Below, piece after piece: positions 1-13,009 of a DNA stretch of 64,000 bases. A program made the translations under genes and the position numbers. The stretch's first letter is position 1. Each line of letters opens with the position of its first letter. The notes below the pieces were generated by a model, which searched no databases, was not told the DNA's origin, and was given only the letters and a program-made list of their open reading frames with translations. Source of the DNA: Octopus sinensis (lineage: Eukaryota); assembly GCF_006345805.1 (NCBI RefSeq), contig NC_043010.1, forward strand, positions 27,466,001 through 27,530,000, given 5' to 3'.

Positions 1-114
1 TACACATAGGAACATATATACATATATACATATACATCATATATATATATATATGTACACACATTATATATATGTATGTATATATAAATTATATATATGT
101 GTGTGTATACATTG

Positions 115-160
<46 letters not shown>

Positions 161-1261
161 CGCGTAAGATATTTGAGGACATTCCTTTTTGGTGTCATTG
201 CTGCATTTTTTGCTAATTCTGTATAATCTTTGTTTCAGAAAATAACAATGACAGACCCTTAGCTTACTCAAGAAATGAAGAGCCATTTTGTTATTGTGGT
301 TGTAAAGGCTGAGCAAAGCGATTTAGAAATATCTCGATTTTTAAAAGTTGCCAGATCTTTCGTCTACAAAGTTTGTAAGGAGCTAGAGACTGAAGATGGA
401 AACGTTTCACCAGTATCAAATCATAAAAACATTCTAAATGCTCTGAAATCGCAAGAACACCTGAATTTATCCAGCAAGTTCAACAGACCATTGATTACAA
501 TCCCAGAAAGTCCATGAGGTCAATTGCAAAAGACCTCCATGTGTCAGAAGAAACAGTCAGAAATGTTGTCCACGCAGACATCAGATATAAATCTTACATG
601 ATGTGGAAAGGTCAATTTGTCAGAAGAAGCAAAAGAAAATCACTACATCAGATCTAAAAGGTTCTTAAGCAAACTGAAAAATCCAGCAGAGGAAGATTTG
701 ATTAGGTTTTTCTCAAATGAGTAACACTTCCATCAAGATCAAAAAGTTAACAGAAGAAATGACAGATGGTTATGTGCAGACCCTTCTTAAGTTCTAAGTG
801 TTATGCATACAAAATTTCCTGCAACTATCATGGTTTTAGGGGTTGTCAGCAATAAAGGACATGTGGTGCCTCCTTACTTCTTTCCACAAGGCTTTAGAGT
901 TAACTCTGCTGCCTACATTGAGGTCCTGGAAATAATTATTAAGCCCAGGATAGACAGTGTGTGCAATGGAACGTCATATGTGTTCCAGTAAGACTCTACA
1001 CTATCATACATGGCTCTAGTAACACAGGAATGGATGGCTAAAAAGTTTCATGATCCCATAATCCCTAACATTTGGCCTCCTAATTCCCTATATCCCAATC
1101 CATTGGACTATTACATGCGGAGATTTGTTGAGAGAGAGGTCAATGAATACGCCCATAACAGCAACGATCCTTTGAAAACTGCCATAGTCAGAGTAATGTC
1201 CAAAATGAACCAGGACCACTTGATTCGAGCATGTAGATGATTTAGATCTCATATAGAAGCA
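161..1261 (+). mobile_element. Degenerate Tc1/mariner DNA transposon, DD37D (maT/Bmmar1-like), right end truncated by a SINE fragment
   Basis: Broken frames give FFSNE*HFHQDQKVNRRNDRWL (first Asp region, ~711-780), then VFQ*DSTLS...WPPNSLYPNPLDY with 37 residues between the 2nd and 3rd Asp. N-terminal HTH-like piece is ORF 275-517. Multiple stops and frameshifts; no right TIR seen. Confidence 0.85.
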
Positions 1262-1303
1262 TTTCGTCCGACGTGCTAACGTTTCTACCAGCTCGCCGCC
1301 TTA

Positions 1304-1305
1304 AA

Positions 1306-1363
<58 letters not shown>

Positions 1364-1372
1364 TAATAATAA

Positions 1373-1403
<31 letters not shown>

Positions 1404-1420
1404 AAGAAGAAGAAGAAGAA
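1304..1420. repeat. Compound (AAT)n(AAG)n microsatellite
   Basis: Directly visible. Confidence 0.95.
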
Positions 1421-1534
1421 GAACACTTTCCATACAATAACCATCAGAGCATCACAACAAATCACAGCACATACCCAAGGCACACAGAGCTGCGCTCGGT
1501 AGTGAAGTGAAAGCACGCTATAAAAATAAAACTA

Positions 1535-1539
<5 letters not shown>
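1421..1539 (+). mobile_element. Extreme 3' end (~120 bp) of the R4/Dong-type LINE
   Basis: Near-identical to the 3' ends at 12900-13004 and (reverse) 4748-4865 (ACCATCAGAGCATCACAACAAATCACAGCAC...CTACTGAA), followed by an (AAT)n tail. Confidence 0.85.
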
Positions 1540-1573
<34 letters not shown>

Positions 1574-3947
1574 TGTATTGGCATCCTTTCTGTCTCGGGA
1601 GACAATGGAGTTGCGCATGAAGTAGTCTAGTCCGGCTTTTATATTTCATGTCCTGATACATTCCCTGCTGTGGCTGTGTAGTCCTATCCTGGACAAACAC
1701 TCCATCTGGCAGGTACCGCAAATGTAACGAAGACTGTTCCTGGCTGGTTGTAGTGCCATAGTCTCTTGTTTACGTCTCTTCCTTTCTTTCCATTTCTCCT
1801 CTCTCTCTCTGTCACTCCTTTGTATTCCCTCTATTACGGTACGTCGCCATTCTCCACGGTTGCCGGCAACTGCCTCCCAACCGCTAATATTGATGTTGCA
1901 GGCCTTCATGTCTCTTTTGCAAACATCCTTGTAACGTAAGATCGGTCTACCCACAGACCTAGTACCCCTAGCAAGCTCTCCGTAGAGTATGTCCTTGGGG
2001 ATTCTGCCATCTTTCATACGGCTAACATGCCCAAGCCATCTCATACGTCTTTGTGTGAGGAGTGCAAACATGCTTGGTATTCCTGCTTGCCTGAGGACAT
2101 CTTTGTTGGGGATATGATTCTGCCATTTGATGCGGAGGATTTTTCGGAGGCAGCGCAGGTGAAAGATGTTTAGGCGACGCTCTTGGCGTGTGTATAGCGT
2201 CCAGGTCTCACTTCTATACAGTAGAGTGCTGAGTACACATGCCTAGTAGATCTTCATTTTCGTGGTCTTGGTCAGCTTATTGTTGTCCCAATCCCGTTTG
2301 GAGAGTTGGGCCATCGCAGCAGCTGCCTTGCCAATGCGTATATTGAGCTCAGCGTCAAGGGATAGGTTGTAGGTGACGGTAGAGCTCAGATAGGTAAACT
2401 TCTCCACCTCTCGTAATCTGTGGTCTCCAATATGTATGTTTGGGATGTCCGATGTAGCCTGGCTCATGATGTTGGTCTTCTTAAGGCTGATAGCTAAGCC
2501 AAAGTCGTTACATGCTTGCTCAAAACAGTTAATGAGCCCTTGGAGGGCTTCTTCTGTGTGTGTTACCAGAGCGGCATCATCAGCAAATAACATCTCCTTG
2601 ATCAGGACGTTTCTGATTTTGATCTTGGCACGCAGGCGCGAGAGATTGAACAGTTTCCCGTCACTTCTACTGTGCAGAAACACTCCATCATCTGATGTCT
2701 GAAAGGCATGTGAAAGTAAGAGCGAGAAGAAGATGCCAAACAATGTAGGAGCGAGGACACAACCTTGCTTTACCCCGTTTTTTATTTGGAAGGCGGTTGA
2801 TGTTGAACCGTTGTGCTGTATGGTGCCTTGCATGTCATCATGGAAAGACTTGATGATCCTCAGCAGCTTTGGTGGACATCCGATTTTTTGGAGCAGGATG
2901 AAGAGGCCTGTTCTGCTTACCGAGTCAAAAGCCTTTGTTAGATCAATGAAGGCCATATATAATGGCATTTTCTGCTCTCTGGACTTCTCCTGAAGTTGGC
3001 GTATGGAGAATATCATATCGATAGTTGATCTGCTTCTTCTAAAGCCACACTGCGATTCCGGATAGATTCGAGAAGCAAGTAGGATAACGCTGGCCAGGAT
3101 AACGCGGGCAAAGGTCTTTCCAACAGTGCTTAGAAGGGATATACCACGGTAATTGTTACAATCACCACGGTCACCTTTGTTTTTGTAAAGCGTAATGATG
3201 TTAGCATCCCGCATATCCTGAGGGACTGTACCCTCTTCCCAGCACTGACACAGAAGCTCATGAAGGTGCCGAAGCAGGATGGTGTTTTTGCCGGATTTGA
3301 TGATCTCTGAGGGGATGCCGTCTTTTCCCGGAGTCTTATTTCTTGCTAGGGAGTCAACAGCCTTGGTGAGCTCTGCTATAGATGGCGGACTGTCAAGTTC
3401 GCACATGACTGGCAAGATCTTGACACTCTCGACTGCAGCCTCAGCCACTGTGGTCTCCCGTGTGTAGAGATCCTGTTAGTGCTCCACCCATCTATCCATT
3501 TGCTTGCCTTGATCCCTGATGAGATCTCCAGTAGTTGATTTCAGAGGGGCTGACTTGGTTGCGGATGGACCGAGGGCCTTCTTCAAACCGGCATACATCC
3601 CATGGGTGTCGCCCCTGTCAGCAGCTGACTGGATACTCTGACAGATTTCCTGCCAATACCTATTTTCACAGCGTCTGGCTGTCAGTTGGGTTTTATTTCG
3701 TGCCCTTCTGAGTTCTTCGAGTGACTTTGTAGAAGAGTCACTCTTCTATTGCACCAGAGCTGCACGTTTTGCTTCGATAACTGGCTCCAGCTCTGAGAGC
3801 CCAGCATTGAACCAATCTGGGTTTTGCCTTTCTCTCATGCCGAAAGTATCCAATGATGTCATATACAAGGCTTCCCTGATATAGTCCCACCTACTTTCAG
3901 CAGAGGAGGTTGGGCAGCTACTGAGGGCAACCTTGATAGAAGCAGCA

Positions 3948-3948
<1 letters not shown>
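1574..3948 (-). mobile_element. 5'-truncated RTE-clade LINE
   Basis: RT motifs NYRGISLLS, QCGFR, FIDLTKAFDSV, GVKQGCVLAP, LFADD. RTE-type C-terminus GELARGTRSVGRPILRYKD...YICGTCQMECLSRIGLHSH. No endonuclease domain. (AAT)n on both flanks. Confidence 0.92.
2243..3448 (-). pseudogene. RTE reverse transcriptase, open segment of a disrupted ORF (continues in 1646-2071 and upstream to 3948 across stops/frameshifts)
   Basis: 401-aa ORF-track frame contains the RT core; premature stop at 2243 and in-frame stops upstream. Confidence 0.85.
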
Positions 3949-4003
<55 letters not shown>

Positions 4004-4029
4004 TAATAATCCTTTCTATTACATTACAG

Positions 4030-4580
4030 GGGAGGCTCAAAAAAGGAGATTCCTCTAAAATTATAGTACCCATGGGATTATCTTCCTTGATTGCCATTGC
4101 TTTGGTGTCCGGACAAACAAGCTACTTGTCATACATGAGTCAACCAGAGATTACCTTTTCTACTTAAAGCCTTTAGCATCTCAGGCCGAATTACATTCTC
4201 TCCAGCGGCTTTATCACGTTTGATCATTTCTATCAGCTCAGTGTTCTCTTCTCTGTTTAGAGAAAATCCCAATCCGAGTTCTTAATGGCAGGCGTGGAAA
4301 GGGTTTTCTTGTCACATTCTAGAATGCTTTATTGGTCAAACTAAAGAAAGAGTCCAGCTTAACCCCACAGTCCTCCCATGACTCAGCTTTGAGCGCTTTT
4401 ACTGTCTCTGCAACAACTTTTCTGCTTCAGTGCACCGCATGTGCAAAAGAAACATGTTTCCAAGCCAAGGTTTGCAAGTCTCCTTTGCTCGGATGGCATC
4501 TTTAACCTCCTAGTTAAACTGGGGTATTCTTTTATCATCTGGCGCCATATCGAGCCGCTTTCGTCCACAGTATTGTACAA
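4030..4580 (-). mobile_element. Old APE-type LINE (RTE-like) RT N-terminal fossil
   Basis: Minus-strand pieces read ESWEDCGVKLDSFFSLTNKAF, IKRDKAAGENVIRPEMLKAL...LWLTHV and YNFRGISF, matching the KAAGEDxIRPEMLKAL...NYRGISLL region of LINE RTs. Confidence 0.6.
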
Positions 4581-4677
4581 CCGAAGAAGAAACTGCCGGA
4601 CACTGGGGGTTGATGTAATCGACTAGCTCCCGCTTCATCCCCCACAAATTTCAGTTCTTGTACCTATAATAGAAATG

Positions 4678-4710
<33 letters not shown>

Positions 4711-4747
4711 TATTATTATTATATTATTATTATTATTATTTTATTAT

Positions 4748-6696
4748 TCAGTAGTTTTAGTTTTATAGCGTGCTTTCACTTCACTACCGAGCGCAGCTCT
4801 GTGTGCCTTGGGTATGTGCTGTGATTTGTTGTGATGCTCTGAGGTTATTGTATGGAAAGTGTTCTGCGTAGGATGTGTGCAGTGCCTAGTAGTGCAATTT
4901 TCTGTATGTTATATGTGTTTGTAAGTCCTGGTGTTTTTGTTATGTATTTGTCTGAATATTTTTTTATCATGCCTAATGCACCTACTATGATAGGAATTGT
5001 TTCTGTTTTCAGATTCCACATTCTAGTTACCTCTATTTCCAGGTCTTTGTATTTTGAGAGTTTCTCCATTTCTTTTAGAGATACGTTGTCATCTGCCGGT
5101 ATTGATACATCAATTAGAAAGCATTTTTTTTCTTCATGATCTCTGACAACTATATCTGGTCTGTTGGCCTTAATTTCTCTATCTGTGTGTATCGGCATAT
5201 CCCAGAGTATGGTTGCTTTCTCGTTTTCTGTGACATTTTTTGGTGTGTGCCTATACCATCTTTTTTCTGTTGTTATTCCATAATGTTGGCATAGCTTGCA
5301 ATGTATGTAGGTTCTAACTCTGTCATGTCCGTGAATATATTCCTTCTTAGCCAGGACTGGGCAGCCAGAGATAATATGATTTATTGTTTCTTGTCCATCT
5401 CCACATATTCTGCAGTTACTTGTAATATTTCTTTTCATTACGTGTTTTTGGTAATTTCTGGTGGGGAGGCTTTGGTCTTGTGCTGCAATTAAAAATCCCT
5501 CTGTTTCTGCTTTGAGTCCTGAGCTTCTCAACCATTGCTGTGATTTTTCTTTGTCTATTTCTTTTGTGTTTAGTTTAGTCCAGTATTTACCATGAAGGGG
5601 CTTTTCTTGCCATCGTTTTATCATGGTTCGTTGCTGTTCTATTTTTAGTTGGATTTCATTGTTTTATAGCTTTTGTTGTTTCTTCATCTTCTTCTTCTTC
5701 TCTTCATGTTTATAGGTGGTATGATTTCTTGTTTGTATTTGTCAGCTTCCTTAAATACTGAGAACAGTTTTTTGTTTTGCTCGTGTTTTGCCGCTATCTG
5801 GATCAGTTTTCCTTCCTTCTGAAGTAGATATTTTTGCAGTCCTATGGTGGTTATTTTATAGTAGTTTTCCAGCTGTATAAGGCATCTACCACCTTCTATA
5901 CGTTGTATATATAGCCTTTCTATGTCAGATTTTGGGTGATGCATCCTAGATCCTGTCATTATTTTTCTTGTTTTCCTATCTATTTTGGTCAGTTCATTTC
6001 GTGTCCAGTTAAGGATATTGTAGCTGTAACTTATAACTGGGACGGCTAAAGTGTTGATACCTATATCTTGTTTAGCATTGAGCTCTGTTTTTAGTATTGA
6101 TCTAACTCGTCTATAATATTCTTTTTTTATTTTCTCTTTCATTTGTGTGTGTTGTGTCTTATCTAGTTCATGGATTCCTAAGTATTCGTAAGTTTGGCTT
6201 TGGTCTAATTCTTTTATTTCATTGGTTTTATCTAGTGTGATGTTGTTACTCTTTACTAGTTTTCCTCTTTTCATGGTTACTTTGGCGCATTTTTCTAATC
6301 CAAATTTCATATCTATTTCTTTGGTAAATCCATGAACTGTCTTTAATAGTGTTTCCAGCTGTTTGTCATTTGCAGCGTATAGGTCATCCATATATAAAAG
6401 GTGGCTGATGGTTTTGCCGTAACATTTATATCCGCATCCAGTTCTATTTAGTATATCAGATAGAGGTGACAGTGCCAAGCAGAAAAGGAGTGGAGAGAGC
6501 GTCTCCCTGGAATATTCCTCTTCTAATGGTGATGTCTTTGGTTTTCATGAGTCCCTCTTTTGTTTGGAGGTGTAGGACTGTTTGTCATTTATTCATAGAG
6601 TGCTCTATGAATTTTATGATTGTTGGTGCTACTTTGTTAATGGCTAGTGTTTCGAGGATCCATGTGTGGGGGATGCTATCAAACGCCTTTTTGTAC
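4748..6696 (-). mobile_element. 5'-truncated R4/Dong-type non-LTR retrotransposon (RT + CCHC + restriction-like endonuclease)
   Basis: ORF 5684-6478 has YMDD. ORF 4845-5624 has the CRICGDGQETINHIISGC zinc knuckle and RPDIVVRD...FLIDVSIP...KLSKYKDLE RLE (PD-D/ExK) motifs. (ATT)n on both flanks. Confidence 0.92.
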
Positions 6697-6761
6697 TATT
6701 ATTATTATTATTATATTATTATTATTATTATTATTATTTTATTATTATTATTATTATTATT

Positions 6762-6975
6762 AAGGCGGCGACCTGGCAGAAACGTTAGCACGTCGGACGA
6801 AATGCTTAAGGTATTTCGCACGTCATTCTACGTTCTGAGTTCAAACTCGCCGAAGTGACTTTGCCTTTCATCCTTTCGGGGTCGATAACTCAAGAACCAG
6901 TGAAACATTGGGGTCGATGTAATCGACTAGTCCCCACAAATTTGAGGCCTTGTGCCTCCAGAAGAAAGGATTATC
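6762..6975 (+). mobile_element. tRNA-derived SINE, family A
   Basis: Head GGCGGCGACCTGGCAGAAACGTTAGC with A-box-like and GAGTTCAAA B-box-like motifs; central GACTTTGCCTTTCATCCTTTCGGGGTCGAT block; more than 15 related copies in the window. Confidence 0.8.
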
Positions 6976-7222
6976 ATTATTATTTCCATGTCTGTGAATT
7001 TTAGTGTCACTCATCCAACCACTTCGTTTTTATCTTTATTTTCAACTAAATATATACTTTCAATGTCATTATATTTATATACATACATACATACATGTAT
7101 ATATATGTATATATATATATACACACACCATATATATATATTATATAGATATATATATATTATGTATAGACATACATAATATAGCATATATTTATAAATA
7201 GATAGATAGATCATATATAATA

Positions 7223-7283
<61 letters not shown>

Positions 7284-7345
7284 ATATATATATTATATAT
7301 ATTATATATAAATACGTAATACGTGTGTGTGTATATGTATGTATG

Positions 7346-7395
<50 letters not shown>

Positions 7396-7479
7396 TATTC
7401 ACATATTTTTGAATTGTCTAAAGAGAGAGAGAGAGAGAGAGAAGAAAGACAGACAGAGTGATTCTAATATATATATATA

Positions 7480-7920
7480 TTCCTGAGTTCTTTATTCCAC
7501 ACAAATGTTCTATATTTCCTTTCCATTCCTCTGACGCAATAAATTTTTGCGGCAATTACCTGTTATATAATTGCTTCCAAATTTCTCGAGGGTTCCTCTT
7601 ACATATCCTGCTATTATTATTTTTCTCTCAATTAATATTCCTTACAAACCCTGTTCATTCATTTCTTGCGTATTTGGTTCTTTTGATTTTTTTTTTCCTA
7701 TATCCTGATATTGATAAAATCCGTCCTGTTCATTAGTTTTCTTTTTGCTTCTTGTATTTTTCTTTTCTTTTTTCTCCGTTTTTGTTAATCCGTTTCTATA
7801 TTTTTATGGTTTGTATCAGTTTGCTAATCCACTCATCATCTAATTTTCTCCCTATTTTTGTAGTTGTTTACGCATTATTCTAGCTTTTTTTTCTGCAATT
7901 TACATACGGATTTACCTAAG
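7480..7920 (-). mobile_element. Possible highly decayed LINE ORF2 fossil
   Basis: Lys/Arg-rich minus-strand translation including NSRICKRNPREIWKQLY resembles the EN-RT linker of APE LINEs; many stops. Confidence 0.25.
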
Positions 7921-8236
7921 TAATTCCTCGTATTTTTGGGGAGGGGAAGGAGAAAAAAATGGGGCGGAGTGTGGTGGTAGTGGCGGTTGGGTGTCCTGGA
8001 GATTTTGTTATCGATATTCTTATCTTCCTTTCTTGTTCTATCAGTGAGTGCTTTTATTGATATAACTCTTTTACTCTTTTATTTGTTCCGGTTACTGGGC
8101 TGCGACCAGGCTGGATCACTGCCTTAAAGGATTTAGTCAAGTAAATCGACCCTACTACTTTTCTTTTTCAAACCAACGCGGTTGTCTATTGACGAGGGGA
8201 CAAACGGAAAGACAAGCACACATACATATACATACA

Positions 8237-8791
8237 TGGTGGCTGCCCCCCCGTTATCGAGTATGGCCATTGTACGAAGCTTAATCAATGTTGTTATCGT
8301 GCAATGCCTGTGCAAGAAGATGTTTTTTAAGTGAGGAAAGGCTGTGCACTGAGTCAATCCCACTCACTAAGCAACAGCAGCCATAATCCGAAAAGAAGAA
8401 CAAGTCAACATCATCGGTAACCACTGAGCCGCAGGTTTTATGTCGGAGTTATCCCAGTTACCTGAGTTACCTTCTCCTAGAAGGATGCCCTAACAAAGGC
8501 TAGGAGTCCTTCACTCCCAATGGTTTGACCGCGCGATCAGGTATTCAGTCCGATTAGTTCTATGTCCACGCGCATGATACAGCTTTAAGACATTTATTGG
8601 ATGGCCGTTGACTCTCAAGAGTTCCTCCGTCCTTTGACGGGTTTTGTTTTTCATCCCGCAGGGTGTCCAATAAACACCCTCCTCACCAAGCAAGCTTGGT
8701 GGGGTTGTCGGTTTAGTCGCTGACGACCCGACCATGCAACAGGTTATACTGGGTTACATGTTGCCAGTAGCACTCGAAAGTGACCTGACAT
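8237..8791 (-). repeat. Unclassified ~550 bp interspersed non-coding element, copy 1
   Basis: Reverse-complement near-identical to 31431-31972 and to 47691-47857 + 48223-48549; bounded by TA/TACA repeats. Confidence 0.85.
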
Positions 8792-8809
8792 AACATACAT
8801 ACGTACATA

Positions 8810-8950
8810 CAAATTTACACAAAAACCAAGAAAAACTAGGTTTTTTTGAAGAAAGATCAAATGAAAAAGATGAGTATTTTCCATATCCAATCTATCAGTG
8901 GCACAATGAAGATTCGTAAGACATTCCAAAGATTCTCCATCTGACATTGT
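8810..8950 (+). mobile_element. 3' terminal fragment of the older R4-like family
   Basis: ATCCAATCTATCAGTGGCACAATGAAGATTCGTAAGACATTCC resembles 17810-17855 and 37440-37490. Confidence 0.5.
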
Positions 8951-9290
8951 TTAGGTGAATAGATGCACATACTTGGGTGTATGGATCGACATACCAACTC
9001 AACCACATATTTACAAACATCAGGAATTCTCATGACTCAAAAAGCCTTGTATACATACATACGATGGGCTTCTACACAGTTTCCATTGATCAACCCGATA
9101 CTATAGTTGAAGATACGTGCCCATGGGCCACCATCGCTGGCTGAAGAGCCAGCGGTGGAACACTGTCATTAGTCCAGTTATATTAGAAACGAGAGTTACT
9201 TATAGTTCTATATTTAAGAGATGAGGCATTAAGTACATTATTTACATTATTTACATTAGATGGATATTTGTCCTCATCTTGTTTGTTGAT

Positions 9291-9336
9291 AACATAACGT
9301 TTCGGCTGATATACTCTCCAGCCTTCATCAGGTGTC
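9291..9336 (-). ncRNA. Minimal type I hammerhead ribozyme motif (Penelope pLTR-like context ~9170-9388)
   Basis: Minus strand GACAC-CTGATGA-A-GGCTG(GAGAGTATAT)CAGCC-GAAAC-GT-T-ATGTT: intact core, perfect 5-bp stem II, palindromic ACGT stem III, imperfect stem I. Confidence 0.7.
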
Positions 9337-9383
9337 TTGAGGAAATTTCGAACCTGGGTTCTCATTCCTAACGCATTTTTCGA

Positions 9384-9429
<46 letters not shown>

Positions 9430-9821
9430 GAGTGAGAGAGAAGTGCATGCCATCAAAGTGACACTGGAGTAAAATATACGAAACCCAGTCTACCCATCAT
9501 GACTACCCGTTTGATAAGGCTACACTAGGCACATGCATCACAACCGAGGCACCAGGCCGGGTAATGTTGTTTATGGAAGACCAGCAGTCGCCCACGCATA
9601 CCCTCCTCTCATGACCACCAGTGTTATCCAAGGGAAAGGCAAAGGCCGATACGGCTTGGCACCTGCGAAGTCACAACTCATTTCTACAGCTGAGTGAACT
9701 GGAGTAACGTGAAATAAAGTGTCTTGCTCAAGGACACAACACGCAGCCCGGTCCGGGATTCGAACTCACAACCTCACGATCGTAAACTCGACGCTCTAAC
9801 CACTGAGCCATGCGCCTTCAC
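9430..9821 (-). mobile_element. tRNA(Arg-like)-derived SINE, family C variant 1
   Basis: Minus head GTGAAGGCGCATGGCTCAGTGGTTAGAGCG...TTTACGAT...GGTTGTGAGTTCGAATCCC (A and B boxes), then GTCCTTGAGCAAGACACTT CORE-like block; (AAT)n on both sides. Confidence 0.8.
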
Positions 9822-9855
9822 AATAATAATGATAATAATAATAATAATAATAATA

Positions 9856-9890
<35 letters not shown>

Positions 9891-9902
9891 GTAATAATAA
9901 TA

Positions 9903-12900
9903 AAGCAACACAAATCTAAAACCTGGAAACAACGAAGGGGAGCCTAATGATTATGATACTATAAAAAGTAGGATAATCAAAGAACTGAAAACCACAGATC
10001 TCAAAATGGACCATCGGCCATACCTCCCAAAAATCAAAATAGACAAAAAAAAACAACATCAATAATAAATAGCATAAACTAGCCGTCACGGAACTAATAG
10101 CCACTGAAACAAATAGCAATGTCACTGAGCTAAATGACTTAGTATATGCAGCAGCCACTGCAGCCACAAAAGAAGCTAGATATTCCCTCAAACCCATCCA
10201 AACAGGAGTATCACCACCCAAACAAACCCTGTGGATAAATAACATCGAAAAAATACAAAAAAATGAGAAAAGATCTGTCGATTCTTAATGAAATCAGTAG
10301 ACAATCAACGCTACTAAGCAACGAAAAGAAAACAAAAATACTGTGCAAATACAACATCACAGAAAAAGATTTACCTGAGATAAAAGAAAAGCTAAAGCAA
10401 GATATCCTTGCCAAAGCACAAAGGATCCGCCGGTATGAGAAACGCCAACGTTTCTTTCATCAAAACAAACAGTTCAACTCCAACCCCCAAAAGTTCTACC
10501 AAGAACTTGGCAAAAATACGATAGACATCACTGCAGCACCAACGGCAGAAGAAGTGGAAGAATTCTGGAAAGAAATATGGTCGTCGAATGAACAACCAAA
10601 AAAATGGAGTATCAAAATGACAAACTTAACATCTGAGCAACTCTGGACCTCCATAACAACTGAAGAGGTCACCCAGGCACTGTAAAGACTAAGCAACTGG
10701 AAGGCAATTGGGCATGACAAGATCCCCAAATTCTGGTTGAAATATCTGACAGGAATGCACACAAAGCTGGCTGAAAACTTTAACAACATACTGGCAGAGC
10801 CAGAGACAAACCATCTTAATTCCCAAATCCAATGAGACAGCAAAACCAGAAAACTACAGACCTATAACCGGTCTCCCTACAATGTACAAAGCATTTACTG
10901 CAGTAATATCACAAAGATTGAACAAGCACCTAGACGAAAGCAACCTGTTTCCAGAAGAGCAGAAAGAATGCCGCAAAGGCTCATATGGCTGTTAAGATCA
11001 ACTAATGATCAATAAAGCCATAACTGAAGACAGCCACAGAAAGAAGAAAGGCCTCAGTATGGCCTGGCTCGACTACCGAAAGGCGTTTGATAGCATTCCC
11101 CACACGTGGATCCTCGAAACACTAGCCATTAACAAGGTAGCACCAACAATTATAAAATACATAGGACACCCTATGAATAAATGGCAGACAGTGCTACAGC
11201 TCCAAACAAAAGAGGGACTCGTGAAAACCAAAGCCATCCCCATTAGAAGAGGAATATTCCATGGAGACACGCTCTCTCTACTCCTTTTCTGCTTGGCACT
11301 GTCACCTCTATCTGATATGCTAAATAGAACTGGATGCGGATATAAATGTTACGACAAAACGATCAGCCACCTTTTATATATGGATGACCTAAAACTGTAC
11401 GCCATAAATGACAAACAGCTGGAAACACTACTAAAGACAGTTCATGGATTTACCAAAGAAATAGATATGAAATTTGGATTAGAAAAATGCACCAAAGTAA
11501 CTCTGAAAAGAGGAAAACTAGTTAAGAGTAGCAACATCACACTAGATAAAGCCAACGAAATAAGAGAATTAGACCAAAGTCAGACATACAAATATTTAGG
11601 AATACATAAACTAGATAAAACACAACACACACAAATGAAAGAGAAAATAAAGAAAGAATACTATATACGAGTTATATCAATACTAAAAACAGAACTCAAT
11701 GCTAAAAACAAGATAATAGGTATTAACACTTTAGCCGTCCCAGTTATAAGTTACAGCTACAATATCCTTAACTGGATATTGGACTAACCAAAATAGACAG
11801 GAAAACAAGAAAAATAATGACAGGATCTAGGATGCATCACCCAAAATCTGACATAGAAAGGCTATATATACAACGTATAGAAGGTGGTAGATGCCTTATA
11901 AAGCTGGAAAACTATTATAAAATAACCATCACAGGACTGCAAAAATGCCTACTTCAGAAGGAAGGAAAACTGATACAAATAGCGGCAAAACACGAGCAAA
12001 ACAAAAAATTGCTCTCAGTATTTAAGGAAGCTGACAAATACAAACAAGAAATCATACCACCTAACAAATATGTTGAAGAAGAAGAAGAAGAAGAAGAAGA
12101 AGAAGAAGAGAAGAAGAAGAAGAGAAGAAGAAGAAGAAGAAGAAGAAGAAGAAGGAGAAGAAGAAGAAGACACAACAAAAGCTATAAAACAAATGAATCC
12201 AAACTAAAGCTAGAACAGCAACGGACCATGATAAAACGATGGCAAATACTGGACTAAACTAAATGCAAAAGAAATAGACAAAGAAAAATCACAGCAATGG
12301 TTGAGAAGCTCAGGACTCAAAGCAGAGACAGAGGGATTTTTAATTGCAGCATAAGACCAAAGCCTCCCCACCAGAAATTACCAGAAACATGTAATGAAAA
12401 GAAATATAACAAGTAACTTCAGAATATGTGGAGATGGACAAGAAACAATAAATCATATTATCTCTGGCTGCTCAGTCCTGGCTAAGAAGGAATATATTCA
12501 CAGACACGACAGAGTTGGGACCTACATACACTGGAAGCTATGCCAATATTATGAAAAGGTCACAGAAAACGAGAAATATACACAGATAGAGAAATTAAGG
12601 CCAACAGACCAGATATAGTTGTCAGAGATCATGAAGAAAAAAATGCTTTCTAATTGATGTATCAATACCAGCAGATGACAACGTATCTCTAAAAGAAATG
12701 GAGAAACTTTCAAAATACAAAGACCTGGAAATAGAGGTAACTAGAATGTGGAATCTAAAAACAGAAACAATTCCTATCATAGTTGGTGCATTAGGCATGA
12801 TAAAAAAACAAATTCAGATAAATACATAACAAAACACCAGGACTTACAAACACATATAACATACAGAAAATTGCACTACTAGGCACTGCACACATCCTAC

Positions 12901-13004
12901 GCAGAACACTTTGAATACAGTAACCATCAGAGCATCACAACAAATCACAGCACGTACCCAAGACACACAGAGCTGCGCTCGGTAGTGAAGTGAAAACTAC
13001 TGAA
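9903..13004 (+). mobile_element. Long 5'-truncated R4/Dong-type LINE copy, disrupted
   Basis: Pieces 10263-10685, 11005-11787 (WLDYRKAFDS, GIFHGD, YMDDLKL), 11817-12257 and 12394-12618 (CCHC region, first Cys mutated: FRICGDGQETINHIISGC). Same 3' end as 4748-6696; (AAT)n on both flanks. Confidence 0.93.
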
Positions 13005-13009
13005 AAATG

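Noticed and set aside
9740-9821. tRNA-like sequences here and at 23490-23560, 25160-25235, 29525-29600
   Set aside because: They are SINE heads: no complete acceptor stem, and each continues into a repeat body.
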